NCBI GenBank assembly: GCA_009914755.4
Contig: CP086569.2
Location: forward strand, 13,088,001 to 13,152,000
Source: the human T2T-CHM13v2.0 reference genome, Homo sapiens
Direction of reading: 5' to 3'
Length of the DNA: 64,000 nt
Part shown: positions 15,206-28,675 of the stretch, in pieces
Numbering within the stretch: the stretch's first letter is position 1
How the letters are laid out: each line of letters starts with the position of its first letter
Position numbers and translations under genes: made by a program
Notes under the pieces: generated by a model
What the model was told of the DNA's origin: nothing
The model's database searches: none
What the model saw: only the letters and a program-made list of their open reading frames with translations

Positions 15206-15861
15206 ACTTTTGAAAGACAGACATTTCCCCCTGGGGTTAAAATGTTAAGTGCATTTTTAGAGCTCCAAGTATTTTTGGCTTTGATGTAGACATTGTAGAT
15301 TATTTAACAAATTACTTTTTTTTTCCATTTAGTCAAAAAACAATTCTGGGAAAACCGAACATGATCTCATTGTGTGTTGGAGTTTCCTGTTCTTCAAAAA
15401 GTTAAATTAGTCATGCTTTGCTTGGGCTCATAGTATCTGCCATTTTTTCTAATGCAGGCAAGAAGTGGATGAGTTTCTAATTCATCAGATCTGATAATAT
15501 GAATAGCAAAACTTAGGCATCCCCTATGGTAGAGAAGACATGAAATCATCATCAATTTCACTAATCAAGACCACTTCTCCTTCCTTATTCATCTTCATGG
15601 CCATCAATGTTTCTTGCTCATAATCCTATAAATCAATGGTGTTGAGAAAATCTGTAAAAGTTGCTGAAAGAAGATATTAAAAAGTGTGTGTATAGTAGTC
15701 CATGGTTTTCTTCTCATTTAATTCCTTGTGAAGAAGATATAGTTACTGTGGAGATGAGTTACAAATGAGCCCAGCTTGTGTGTGGTGAGGACATAGATCT
15801 ACTTTCAGGAGTCTACTTTATTTTTATTTTCTACCCTATTCTAAAATACCTCTTCTGTATT

Positions 15862-15893
15862 TTTTCCCCAGAAAAGAATATGACTGCCAAGCT
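15862..15893 (+). other. Candidate short internal exon (about 32 nt) with a consensus 3' and 5' splice site; host gene unknown
   Basis: 'cctcttctgtattttttccccag|AAAAGAATATGACTGCCAAGCTCAAGGAGAAG|gtaagtaagc' has a polypyrimidine tract plus AG acceptor and a perfect AAG|GTAAGT donor. Two reading frames are open (…KNMTAKLKEK / KEYDCQAQGE). Confidence 0.2.
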
Positions 15894-18027
15894 CAAGGAG
15901 AAGTAAGTAAGCAAGCTATAAATCCTCCCTAATAGGCAGGAAATTAAAGAAAGAAAGATAAATAAAATTTAAAAGAAAGAGAAATTAGCTTTCCCTTATT
16001 AGGCTGACTTGTCTCAGAGGCAGCAACAGGCACAGCCCAGACCCAGGAAAAGTCTTGATAATACTCTCTAAGAAGCTAGGACACAAAGAAATGTGCTCTG
16101 GAGACTCTCCCAGCACTCCCTCAGCATACAGAGAAGAAAAACAAATTTTCCTTTGTTTTATGGTATGAGTTTATAGATTCTTGTTTCTGTAACTAGTTAC
16201 TTCAAGTATTCTATTTTAGCTAAGTAATGGAATGAAGGTCATGAACCATCTGAGCAGGTCTGAGATAGAGCCACCTGGGCACCATAGTGAAGGTCATGGA
16301 ATAAGCTGTATTAGGCACTAGGGCAAACCTAGATAACAGCCATATGGGTTGCATAGCAATTGTCATATGTAATTCTGTGTTATGAACCTGTCACAATTTG
16401 CTTAATTATTCTGCCTCCATATCCTTGCTTTCATGCCACTGTAACTGTAAGCCTGCTTCAAGCTACCCCACCTGCTTTTTGAAGTGTGTATAAAAGTCAA
16501 GTGCTGTCTTTGTCCTGGGCCCAGGTTTTGGATGTTAAGTCTGCTCAGTCTGAGTGCACTCAATATCCTCCTGTATATACCCCAAGGCCTCTCTCATCCT
16601 CCTGTTTCTGCAACACAAGCCACTCTTTATTCAAATCTAACTATATTTTGAATTAATATTATGTTTGAGGGCTAATAATTCTTGATCACCAATTACACAC
16701 ACACATAGTCTTAAAATCAGCTATAACCCCATTGCCAATGCTCTAATATCACCTCACATATGTTCATTTGTATACTGTTTTTCTCCTTTTTCTAGGTCTG
16801 TTTTCTACCCAAATTGGTCATATAATTGGCATACGTTGGCAAGCTCCAGGCAAATTAATCAACTAAGTAAATTTATCTCCCTGTCTCCAACCTCTGCTTC
16901 TTCTAAATTCAATCACTTTATGCTTTAAAATTCACCCTTGCCTCTCCCCTGCTCGCAGTGCAGGTCTTTGTTCTGTCACTCAAAGTTCACAATGAGGTAT
17001 TAAGGGCTTTGAGGCGTACAGAACAGAAAGCCTCCCCAAACACCCAGAGTTCCAAACCTGTAGAAGAATAAAAACACATGCAATTGTGACACATATTTTT
17101 CATCTAAAGGATTAAAATAATTTAAAGGAGTTCAGCATTTTAAAAATTAATTACTGCTTTGTCTTTTGGTGAAAACAAGGACTCATCTGTTTTGCAGAAA
17201 ACTGAGGTCATGATTTCTTTTTACTTTTTTTTATTGAAACAGATGATTTGCATTAAAAATGATATTTGCTAAGGGAATTCCAGTCTTTAGAGAGAGTCCT
17301 CAAAATGAAGTTTCAGGAGGTGCCACTCCAATCTCAGCCAATTTGCAGAAAATAACCCTACACAGCAAGATAAAAATGCAGCTCACATTTCTCTCCTGCA
17401 AAAGACTAGGAGGCAAGAAGTCTTAACATCACCAGAGGGGAAGCTTCTCTCTCTAGCCACATCCTGGTAACTCCCCAGGAGCTTACTAGGGAACTTGGAC
17501 ATGCAGCCTCTTTCTGGAGCCAGAATGGCTAACATGGATTCAGATAACTTCCTGTATTCTCAGAGTCCATAAATTTTTCTGAACTGCCAAGAGTGCAAAT
17601 CTTGGTTAACCCTGTACTTCCTCAAAAATGCATACTCTCTGGGAGAAGTTTTCTAGATAAGCCATGCACCCAATTACCTCATCACTTGCCTTTGATAGTC
17701 TATGTCCCTAGTCCCCTGACAATCCCCAAGACCATTTTTGTCTTTGCTGTCTGCCTCTGAGGCAATTCTTCAGAGGGTATTTCATTCCTCAGGTCACCTC
17801 CATAGTCTTGTTGCATGGTTTACAAACTCCCTACCTCCTACACATTGTAGGAGAGGAAAAGTAAGATCTTTTCCTCACCCATCACAAGGTTTATGGCTGA
17901 GACCCTGAGAGGAAAACACAGATCAGCTGAAGAAAAGACAGCATACATGTTTATTTAGCATAAATTTTGTGTGATACAGGAGCTTTTTGGATAAAAACCC
18001 AAAGACTCAGGGAAAACTATATATTGA

Positions 18028-18352
<325 letters not shown>

Positions 18353-18473
18353 AGTAGAGACAGGGTTTTACCACATTGCCCAGGCTGGTCTCAAACTGCT
18401 GAACTCACGCAATCCACCCTGCCTCAGCCTCCCAAAGTGTTGGTATTACACATGTGAGCCACCATGACCAGCC
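18353..18473 (-). mobile_element. Alu left arm (minus), continuation of 18034-18171
   Basis: 'gtagagacagggttttaccacattgcccaggctggtctcaaactgctgaactcacgcaatccaccctgcctcagcctcccaaagtgttggtattacacatgtgagccaccatgaccagcc'. Confidence 0.8.
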
Positions 18474-19377
18474 AGAAAACTATATTTATTTTTGTGTGTG
18501 GTCATGCGGAAGTGTGATTGAGGGACAATAGGGCGTGATCTAATGGGAATAAACTGGGGTGGGGGGAACCTAGGAAGGGCTGCATGTTAAGATTCTTCTC
18601 TGTGTCTGTGTCTTCAGAAATAAAGATGTTCTTTCTCTCTGGAGATAGAGAAGGCACTTCTTGAATCAAGGTCCTAGGACCTGCTTCAGGGAAAGGTTAG
18701 AGAACTCTTCCCCGGTTTCTTGACTTGCTTCAGGGAGCAGAGTGATCAGAGGAGGCTTCCTGATACCTGTGCACCTGCTGAACCCTTGCCAATGAGTGGG
18801 AGGTAGAAAGGCTACCATGAGCAAGAGAGGAAGGGAGTAGGGGTTCCCAGCAGGAAGGTGGGGTTCAGGACCAGCCTGGGCAACATGTTTCAGGGGAGAA
18901 GGCTGAAGGAAAGTTGAGAGTAGCTTTTCTCCTTCTGCTGTTTATTTTTTTTCAAATGCCAAAATGTTGTAATTTGGGGTAGTGTTCGCTGAACCCCATC
19001 AGAGTTTCCCCTTCCATATGCATAATTTGTTGGACACACTGGCCTCCCAGTTCCATAATTAACCTCCCCAGCCATCCCGATTCCATAAGTCACTTCCAGA
19101 ACCACTATTTGTCTGTCATCACTCAAGACGCACAACACAAGTGGCTCCTCCTGCAATTCCAGCTCTCGGTGATCCCTACGGGCCCTGCCATCTGAACTCT
19201 TGGAAATGCCAGTCCTTGATTCTCCCACTTCCTCTCTGTGAATACACCCTCTTCAACTTTGACATAACTATTTTCTAAGTTGGAAAATTGTGTTTCTTGT
19301 TCAACAAGTCTATCTGACCATATGTGGAATTTACATCACCTCTGCACCTCTATTAATTATTTGCTTTATTATATCTT

Positions 19378-19492
19378 TTTTTTTTTTGAGTCAGAATCTC
19401 ACTCTGTTGCCCAGGCTCAAGGGAGGTGGTGTGATCTTAGCTCACTGCAACCTTGAACTTCTGGGTTCAAGCCATCCTTTCACCTCAGCTAA
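19378..19492 (-). mobile_element. Alu fragment (right arm, minus)
   Basis: 'ttttttttttttgagtcagaatctcactctgttgcccaggctcaagggaggtggtgtgatcttagctcactgcaaccttgaacttctgggttcaagccatcctttcacctcagc'. Confidence 0.75.
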
Positions 19493-20249
19493 AAATAATT
19501 CTCAAACCAAAGTGATGTATTTGGAGATTACACACTCTGATGCCTTTCAGAGTATTTAGGCAGATATAACACACAGACAAATACACATACTTTATACAAT
19601 TTTATAGAAAACAAATTTATGCATTTATACTTGCCATTGTATTCACTGATGCAGACACATCTGTGAGACTTAAATAAGTAACCCAGAAAAGAAGTCAGAA
19701 AATTTTGTAACAAGAGCCAAATCTGACCCACAACTGTTTGTGTAAATAAAGTTTTATTTAAGCACAGCCACACCTATACATTTATATATTGTGCATGACT
19801 GCTTTTGCAGTACAACGATGGAGTTGTGTAGTTGCAATAGAGACTGAACGGCCTACCAAGCCAAAATCATTTACTATTTGGCCCTTTGCTGAAAAAATTT
19901 GCCAATCTCTGAACTAGAATATTAAATGAAAGAAATATCTGAAACTCAGAGCAACAATACAGAAATAAAAACCATGGAGGAAAAGACAAGAAACTTGAAT
20001 TACATGTTTGGGAGAACAGTGATGTGATATTCGCACATCACAACATGTGAAAAAAAAAATGGAACAGATGAAGGAGAAAGAATGACAAAACAAGTAATAG
20101 AATAAAAATTCCCTGGGGTCAAACACTTAGATAACTGTTGTTCCTAGCATATGTTCTCAAATCCTTACCATTGAGAGAAGTAATATACAAATGGATGGTG
20201 ACTAGACCATATATAAAGAGAGAGATCTAATCTGTAAGCTGCAGTAACT

Positions 20250-20600
20250 CACCCAGGAAGCTAACAGCAAGCCCTGTAGCAACCAGCTGAAAATGTCCAG
20301 AACCTGAGCAATAACTATGAGCTTCCCTAATTTTTCCCCTATTTCCAACTTAGGACAAAGCAGAGAAACCCAAATGTGCCCCCTAACCAGTCACACAGGA
20401 TGTCTCACTTCTGGTGAACCCCCAACTGCCTCCAGTCAGAACACACCTTAGTTTTCCCTTTTCCCCCACTATAAAGCTTCCCCATGGCTGTGTCAGCCTT
20501 TGAATCTCTGCCAGATGTGAGTGATGATGGCTGATTCCTTTGCTACACCAAGCTCGGAATAAACACCTTGCTTCTTTTCACGTAGGTGGCATTCATTTAT
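20250..20600 (+). mobile_element. Old LTR-like element (TATA-like 'ctataaag' and poly-A signal 'aataaacaccttgcttcttttcac'); family unresolved
   Basis: '...cccccactataaagcttccccatggctgtgtcagcc...aagctcggaataaacaccttgcttcttttcac' has U3/R-like organisation. Confidence 0.3.
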
Positions 20601-22964
20601 TTCCACACCTTCATCTCTAAATTCATCATTACCTGACCACTGTTGCCTGCCTCTTCAATACCTGCTACACTCCAGCAAATGCTAACCAACTTTAGTTCCT
20701 CAATATCTGCTACTTTTTCCTATGAGCCAAGGCACTGGGGCCTCTTCCTGCTAGAAACCTCAAGCAGGAACCCCATCTTCCTGCTAGGAACCCCTATTCC
20801 CTTCTTCTTTTGCTCAAGGTAGCCTTTCCGTTTGTCACTCATTGGCAAGGGCTCAGAAAGTGCACAGGCATCAGGAAGCCTCCTCTGATCACCATTCATT
20901 CCCACCTTAAGATTACATCTAAGTCATCTATCCCCATGCAACTTGTACCAGGGGTAGCCAATGCCCACTAACTTCTCAGCCCTTTCGTCCACCATGTAGC
21001 TTATGAAAGTTGATGAATCCATCCTGCTCTTCACTGAACTGACAATGACAAGCACAGTACCAAGAATATTGTGTATCTTGGCTTGTCAGATGCACTTACA
21101 GATGAATTACTGTACAAGTGTGCAAGGTTCCTTTTTGGTTACCAAAGTGATGATTCTGCCATGAATCTGCCTAACATGGAGTTTCACAAAGGGCTTTGCA
21201 CAAACAAGAGAGGCTACCTATGATCTGCACACTTTCTGTTTACCCCTGTAAAGAGAGGAGCTTTGCTTATGTCAGTTGGATCTTTGCTTCTGGGTTGAAA
21301 ATCTTTGATTTATGGGTTAGGATGATGTAGTCATCTTTGTCCATTTGTTTGTGTCTATTAAGGACAGAAGAGCAAGTTCACTTTGCTAGAAGCCAAAGTC
21401 TTTTTTTCTTGTCTTAGTCCATTGAGTCTGCTATAACAAAACACCTAAGACTGAATGGCTTAACACATTGATTATGCACAGCTCTGGAGGCTGGAGACCC
21501 ATGATCAAGGCATGGCAGATTCTATGTCTGGTAAGGACTCATTTCCTAGTCCACAGATCACCTTCTCACTGTGTCCTCCCATGGTGGAAGAGGTGAGGGA
21601 ACCCTCTGGGGTCTGTTTTATAAGGGCAATCATCGCATTCATTAGGCTCCATCTGCATGACCACATCACCTCCCAAAGGCCCCAGGTCATAACACCATCA
21701 CCTTGAAGGGAGGATTTCAACACATGCATTGTGTGAAGACACAGATATTTAGTCTGTAACACACACCTTGTGGAAGATTTTTTTTTTCCTTTTGCATCTC
21801 AAAGAGGAATTGAATAGCTATCTACTGTAAACGGATACACAAAGCATACAAACACACACAGAGTTATTTCATCATTTAAAAAATGGTCTCATAGCAGATA
21901 CATGTCTGTTTGCCTGAAAACTATATGTACACTGCTTGTTCTTAATGCTTTTTATAAAATGGCAACAGACAGGACAGAAGTGATAGACACTATTCCCCAG
22001 TATTCCAATTATGTTTCTCTGTTTTCTTTTGTAACTATGTTTTAGATAAATGTGTTAAAATGCTTATTATTAAAAAAAAGCTATGTGCACTGGTGCATCC
22101 CTCTAAGTAAGTAAATAAATAAATAAAATAAAATGCAGACTGTATGAAAGGGTAAGAACAAAGATAAGCCTTCACATCTCTTTATATTCCTTCTCACTGA
22201 CTTCTGACAACTTATTAACTTCCCCTTCTTGAGCAACAAGTGTTGAGTCCTATATAGCAGACTTCCCAATGAATGAGGATGTCTAATACATTGTAAATGG
22301 CTCCCCAGGTAAAACCACATTTTAAAAAACCCTGAAGGTAAAACAAAATTATTATTCAACAAAACATAAATGTGAATAAGATAAAAATAATGATTTGTTT
22401 TTCCAAGTGTCGCATCCACTGAGATCCTACCTTCTGGGTGGTTAGGATAGCAAGGGGCTCCATAAGCAGTCTCTATAAAATGTGTAAATTCATAGCATTC
22501 TTCAGTTTTTTTCCCACAGTGAACCAGTGTTCAACTCACAGCCTTAAAATAAGACCTATAATGAGGAAATTAGAAAAAAAAGCAAATAAATTTCTTTGAT
22601 TCACACAGAGGGTAACTGCAGGATTTTTTTCCCCCTTTTTTCTCTGAGACCTCCCGTGCCCAAGGCCTTGCACTGGGATATCCTGTATGGGAGACATGGA
22701 GTTAAAATAGATTATTTTGGAGCTTTAAGACTTAATAACTGCCCTGCTAAGTTTCAGACTTGCATGGGGCCTGTAGCAGCTTTCTTTCAGCAGATTTCTT
22801 CCTCTAGAAATGGGAGTATTTATTCACTGCCTATACTCCAATGGTATCTTGGAAGAAACTAACTTGTTTTTGATTTTACCAACTCACAGGCAGAAGGAAT
22901 TTACCTTCTTTCATATGAGACTATGGACTGTGGACTTTCGAGTTAATGCTAGAATGAGTTAAGA

Positions 22965-23295
22965 TGGGTCTAGGAGCGATGGCTCACACCTGTAGTCCCA
23001 GCACTTTGTGAGGCTGAGGCAGGTGGCTCATGAGGTCAGCCACAACCTCCTGGACTCAACACAATCCTGGCTAACACAGTGAAACCTCGTCTCTACTATA
23101 AATACAAAAAATTAGATGGGTGTGGTGATGGGCGCCTGTAGTCCCAGCTACTCGGGAGGCTGAGGCAGGAGGATGGTGTCAACCTGGGAGGCAGAGCTTG
23201 CAGTGAGCCAAGATCACACCACTGCACTCCAGCCTGGGTGACATAGCGAGACTCCATCTCAAAAATAAAATAAAATAAAATAAAATAAAATAAAA
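22965..23295 (+). mobile_element. Alu with (AAAAT)n tail
   Basis: 'gtctaggagcgatggctcacacctgtagtcccagcactttgtgaggctgaggcagg...ccactgcactccagcctgggtgacatagcgagactccatctcaaaaataaaataaaataaaataaaataaaaag'. Confidence 0.9.
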
Positions 23296-23621
23296 AGAAA
23301 AAAACTAACCATGTTAAGGTGAACAATTCAGTGACATTTCGCACATTCACAATGATATGCAACCATTACCTCTACGTAGTTCCAGAACATTTTCATCACC
23401 ACAAAAGAAACCCCGTACCCATTAAGGAGATATTTCCATTCCTTCCTCCCCCAGCCCCTGGCAACCACTAATCTGAGTTTTATCTCTATGGATTTGCCAG
23501 TTTTGTATGTTTAATATAAATAGAGCCATACCATATGTGACCTTTTGTGTCTGGTATCTTTCACTAGGCCTCATGACTTCAAGATGTATCCATATTGTAG
23601 TAGTATGTAGCAGAGATTCAT

Positions 23622-23932
23622 TCTTTTTTTTTTTTTTTTTTTTTTTTTTGAGACAAGAGTCTTGCTCTGTCACCCAGGCTGGAGTGCAGTGGCGCGATCT
23701 CAACTCACGCAACCTCCGCCTCCTGGGTTTAAGTGATTCACCTGCCTCAGCCTTCCCAGTAGCTGGGACTACAGGCACACGCTACCACACCCAGCTAATT
23801 TTTGTGCTTTTAGTAGAGACGGGGTTTCACCATTTTGGCCAGGATGCTTTCAATCTGTTGACTTCATGATCCACCCACCTCAGCCTCCCAAAGTGCTGGG
23901 ATAACAGGCATAAGCCACCACACAGGCCGATT
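23622..23932 (-). mobile_element. Alu (minus) with long poly-T
   Basis: 'tttttttttttttttttttttttgagacaagagtcttgctctgtcacccaggctggagtgcagtggcgcgatctcaactcacgcaacctccgcctcc...cctcccaaagtgctgggataacaggcataagccaccacacaggcc'. Confidence 0.9.
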
Positions 23933-24135
23933 CATTCATTTTTATGGCTGAATGGTATTCTACTTTCCGGATGGCCCACATTCTGTTTATCCATGGAACC
24001 ACTGATGAAATTTGGGGTAGTTTCCACTTTTTGTGTTGTGGGCACAGAACTGCTTTCAATATGTGCACACAAAGTTTTTGCTTCAGTACTTGTTTTCAGT
24101 TCTACTTGATATATCCCTAGGAAATGGAGTGATTA

Positions 24136-24465
<330 letters not shown>

Positions 24466-25817
24466 TACTCTTCTAAGGTTTCTTGACTTGCTGACATCAT
24501 CCTCAAACTGAATACTTCACACATTGTGATAGTAAATACTGTTGCTCATACCAATGAGGTAACATTAAATGAGGATGTTGATAATCCTTTGAAAGGGAGA
24601 GAAACACAACCATATTTGCAAAGGTAGACTCTCCAGTTCATTGACTCTTTTGCTTAATCCTTCTTCACTAGTTCTGCTTCCTACATTTTGTTACCCACCC
24701 AACTTAAATTCCATGGTTCAACACCTGAAGAATTCTCCAAAATGTTTAATTATTTGCCCCATTGTCTATGTAAACATTTACCTGGAAATCTGCCATCTTT
24801 GAGTGAGCCCAAATGCCAGAGATCCCCTTCTTACCCAGGGGCTCATCTTTACTAGAAATGTGGGTGCCATGGCACAGTTGAGTCCTTCATTCCAACCAGG
24901 TCTCCAAACTGCCTTGTCATCCTAGTTTTTGCCATTGACAAAATCAACATCTAACTATATGCTATCGTCTAACATTAGACCTTTCCAGTGCCAATCCCAC
25001 CAACTTCTCATCTACCCAACACACAAACACGCTCTTAATAGATAATTATAGGAAGGGGAGAAATAAAACCTTTGTTATCTTTAATTTAGTTACTGGGAAC
25101 TTCAAATTAAACTGACAGAAGACAAGTTTACAGAAGAAATGGTTTATTTTGTATGTACACATGGGGAGACACATGGAAAAGAAGTGAGGACCCTGAAGAG
25201 GTGCTTGGACCTAGGGGATTATATACCACCTTAACACAGGGTGATAAAGTTTAGAGAAGGAACTAGACAAAGGCAAATGGAATTTAAGCATCTAGGATGG
25301 GGGTAAGTTTGTAGAAGGTGGCTAGAAAATGCCTGGTAAGTATAGATTATTATATAGACTCAAGTCATCTCAGGTGATAATCCCTATCTCTGGAATCATC
25401 CATGAGAGGACACCTTTATAAATGAAATTTTTCTTTACAAATGAATTTTCTTTTCAAAGGGAAAACATATGCCCTGCATTTTAACAGAAAGGGGGAGGGT
25501 AGAGAGCTTGTTCTGTGCCTGCTCTTATTCAGTAGCCTTTAGCTCAAAGTAATGCTTGCACCGAAATGTCATATTTTTGGGTGGCATATTTTGATCCCCT
25601 TCATAATCTTACCACATACTTCCTGGAAATGGAAAAGCTACCCATAGGGAATTCACTCCATTTCTCAGCCTCAGCCCTTCCAATATTTTTGAGTCTCTTT
25701 CCCTCCTCTGGTCACAGAAGATTACAGAAGGTATGTCCTTGCACTTTTGCACGTTGTAGTGAGCTAAGTAGTATTCTCCACTGATAATTCATAATTCATG
25801 GCCATCTGGAACTTCAC

Positions 25818-26400
25818 AATGTGTCCTTATCTGGAAGTAGAATCTTTGCAGGTTAAGTAGGCCCTAAATTTAGTGACTGGCACCCTTATAAGAAGAGGAG
25901 AGGAGGACTGGGTGTGGTGGCTCATGGTTGTAATCCAAGCACTTTGGGAGGCTGAAGCAGCTGGATAGCTTGAGACCAGGAGTTTGAGACCAGCCTGGGC
26001 AACATGGTGAAACATCATCTGTACAAAAAAAGAGAAAAGTTGGCCAGTCTCATAACCCATTTTTGAAAAAAATAAATAAACAGGAGAGGAGAGGACACAG
26101 AGAGATATAAAGAAAAAGACCATGTGAAGATGGAGATGGAGATCGGAATGATGCATCTGCAAGTCAAAGAACATCAAGAATGGCTGGCAACCACCAGAAG
26201 CAGGAAGTGTCTTGGAGAGAGTGTTTCCTAGAGCATCTAGAAGGAACCCATTCTGCTGACACCTGGATTTCAGATGCTTCTGGCCTCCAGAAGGCTGAGA
26301 GAATAAATCTCCGTTAGTTTGAGCCATGCAGTGTGTGGTAATTTGTGATGGCAGCCCTCCAGGAAACCAATGCACACGCCTTGCTGGGGTGATTTCATTC
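25818..26400 (+). mobile_element. MaLR LTR (MLT1/MST-type) carrying a free Alu-monomer (FLAM-like) insertion at about 25907-26045
   Basis: 5' 'tgtgtccttatctggaagtagaatctttgcaggttaagtaggccctaaatttagtgactggcacccttataagaagaggagagga', 3' '...accaccagaagcaggaag...ctgacacctggatttcagatgcttctggcctccagaaggctgagagaataaatctccgttagtttgagccatgcagtgtgtggtaatttgtgatggcagccc'. The inserted monomer 'ggactgggtgtggtggctcatggttgtaatccaagcactttgggaggctgaagcagctggatagcttgagaccaggagtttgagaccagcctgggcaacatggtgaaac' is flanked by a repeated 'gaggagagga'. Confidence 0.7.
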
Positions 26401-26649
26401 ACATGCACCTTCTCCATCCTGGGTCCTACTGTCTCTTTGGGTAGACCATGTTTTATTAATTATCCCATTTCCTGCAGCTGGGACTGCTTACTGTCCGTGT
26501 AGCCTTCCCTAAGCAAAGCCATAAACTGGTGTTTTTCATCATAGAAACAGAACAAACAATGACAACAACAAACTTTTTTTTATCCCAAGTAAAAGAGAGA
26601 ATTGCATTTCTACTGATTGAAAGTAAAACATAATGGGCTAGTGCAAAGT

Positions 26650-27295
26650 AGATGTAGAAGCTTTTTTTTATTTGTATAAATTTAAGGGATACAAGTGCAG
26701 TTACACGGATATAGTGCATAGTGGTGAAGTCTGGGCTTTTAGTGTATCTATCACTTGAATAGTGTACATTGTAGCCATTAAATAATTTCTCATCCCTCAA
26801 CCCCCACCATCCTGCCCTTCTGAATCTCCAGTGTCTATTATTCCACATTGGATGTCCATGTGAACACATTCTTTATCTCCCACTTATAAGTGAGAGAATG
26901 CAGAATTTGACTTTCTGTTTCTGAGTTGTTTTACTTGAGATAATTGCCTCCAGTTCTAGCCATGTTGCTGCTAAATACATGATTTTATTTTCTATGGCTC
27001 TGTAGTATTCCACTGTGTATATATATCACATTTTATTTATCCAAACATCCCATCATCCATCAGTGGACACTGAGGTTGATTTCACATCTTTGCTATTGTG
27101 AATGGTGCTGTGATAAGCACACATGTGCAGGGATATTTTTGATATAATGATTTCTTTTCCTTTGGGCAATCACCCAGTAGTGAGGTTGCTGGATCATGTG
27201 ATAATAGAGCTTTATGTACTATTTTGGTTCCCTGTTCCAAGGTGAAACATTGATACCTGTAAGACAGCCATAAAAACACAATAGTTCACAAAGGT
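26650..27295 (-). mobile_element. Old LINE-1 3'-end fragment (L1PB/L1MA-like; ORF2 C-terminal region plus 3'UTR), minus strand
   Basis: The reverse complement matches the L1 3' region: 'cccacttataagtgagagaatgcagaatttgactttctgtttctgagttgttttacttgagataattgcctccagttctagccatgttgctgctaaatacatgattttattttctatggctctgtagtattccactgtgtatatatatcacattttatttatcc...ctttgctattgtgaatggtgctgtgataagcacacatgtgcagg'. Confidence 0.8.
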
Positions 27296-27377
27296 AAAAA
27301 TATGTGAAAAGAATTCCCTTCTCCCCTTCTAGATATGCTCAAATGGGAGGTAAAGGAAATCCGTTTTGCCTTATCAG

Positions 27378-27690
<313 letters not shown>

Positions 27691-28594
27691 GTTTTTAATT
27701 CTTGGATGATAACCTCTGAAATTTTACACAAGATATCTGTATTTATTTGCCAACCTATTTTAGGCTGGATGTTTTGAGTTCCAAATCTGAAATATAAGAA
27801 GTTTATTTCCCATTCATCTCCCTCTTCAACTGTCTTCTCCAAATAGTTGTTAATTTTATATCTTGTTTTAAATTCTTCTAGTCATATCTACTGATTTTGG
27901 AAAAGATACTTAAGTTTATTTTTCATGTTCCACAAGTCTTATACTGTTTTCAGCAAAACACCACTGAGTAGAATGGAAAATTTAAATAAATTTCAATCAA
28001 AGTCTTCAGATGCCAATAATAATTTCATCAGCATAGTATCTCACCTAGCCAACAAATGTTTCATATTATATATTTTTTCTTTATTGGGTTTCTTTTTAAT
28101 TTTATTTTGTGCAGCGAAAAACATAATCTTAGCATTTTAATGTCAAATGTCTTCAATTAGACTTCAAAGCTGGTTCCATTCAATCAAACCTGCTAATCAC
28201 ACCAAACATCTGTCCCCTTCCTGATTTATTCAGTCTCTAACCCCACAAAACACTCACAGAAACTTCACTCTTCCCAGAAAAAAATGATTTCCTTATTCTT
28301 TTCTGAAAAATAAAAAATAAAATAGAAAGCTACACACTAACACCACAGGTTTTGATGAAAACTTTGATTATTCAGCTTTTATTTTATACCCTTCTACATG
28401 CACTTTGGAAGATTGAAAGGAAAAAAATGAATCAAACTTGCACCATTCACTATGCTTTGTTTCTGTTTTTTTTTTTTTTTTTAAGTGTTAACCTATGGCT
28501 TTGAAGCCACTATTTCTGGTGGGAAGATAGAAGTAAAATTAAAAACAAGAAATAAAATAATAAAACAGAAAAATGTCTCACAGAAAAAACACCG

Positions 28595-28675
28595 TGTGGG
28601 GTGTGTGTGACTGTGTGTGTTTGTATGTTTGTGTGTGTGTGACTGTGTGTGTGTGAGTGTATGTGTGTGTGTTTA
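28595..28675. repeat. (TG)n / (TGTGTGAC)-type imperfect microsatellite
   Basis: 'gggtgtgtgtgactgtgtgtgtttgtatgtttgtgtgtgtgtgactgtgtgtgtgtgagtgtatgtgtgtgtgtt'. Confidence 0.85.

Noticed and set aside
22081-22140. (TAAA/AATA)n run 'aagtaagtaaataaataaataaaataaaat'
   Set aside because: It is a short ordinary AT-rich simple repeat. It is not long or structured enough to report as a feature of interest.
25827-26417. 196-aa minus-strand ORF
   Set aside because: It spans a MaLR LTR plus an inserted Alu monomer ('...[13 protein letters not shown]...' is Alu-derived) and has no coding signature.
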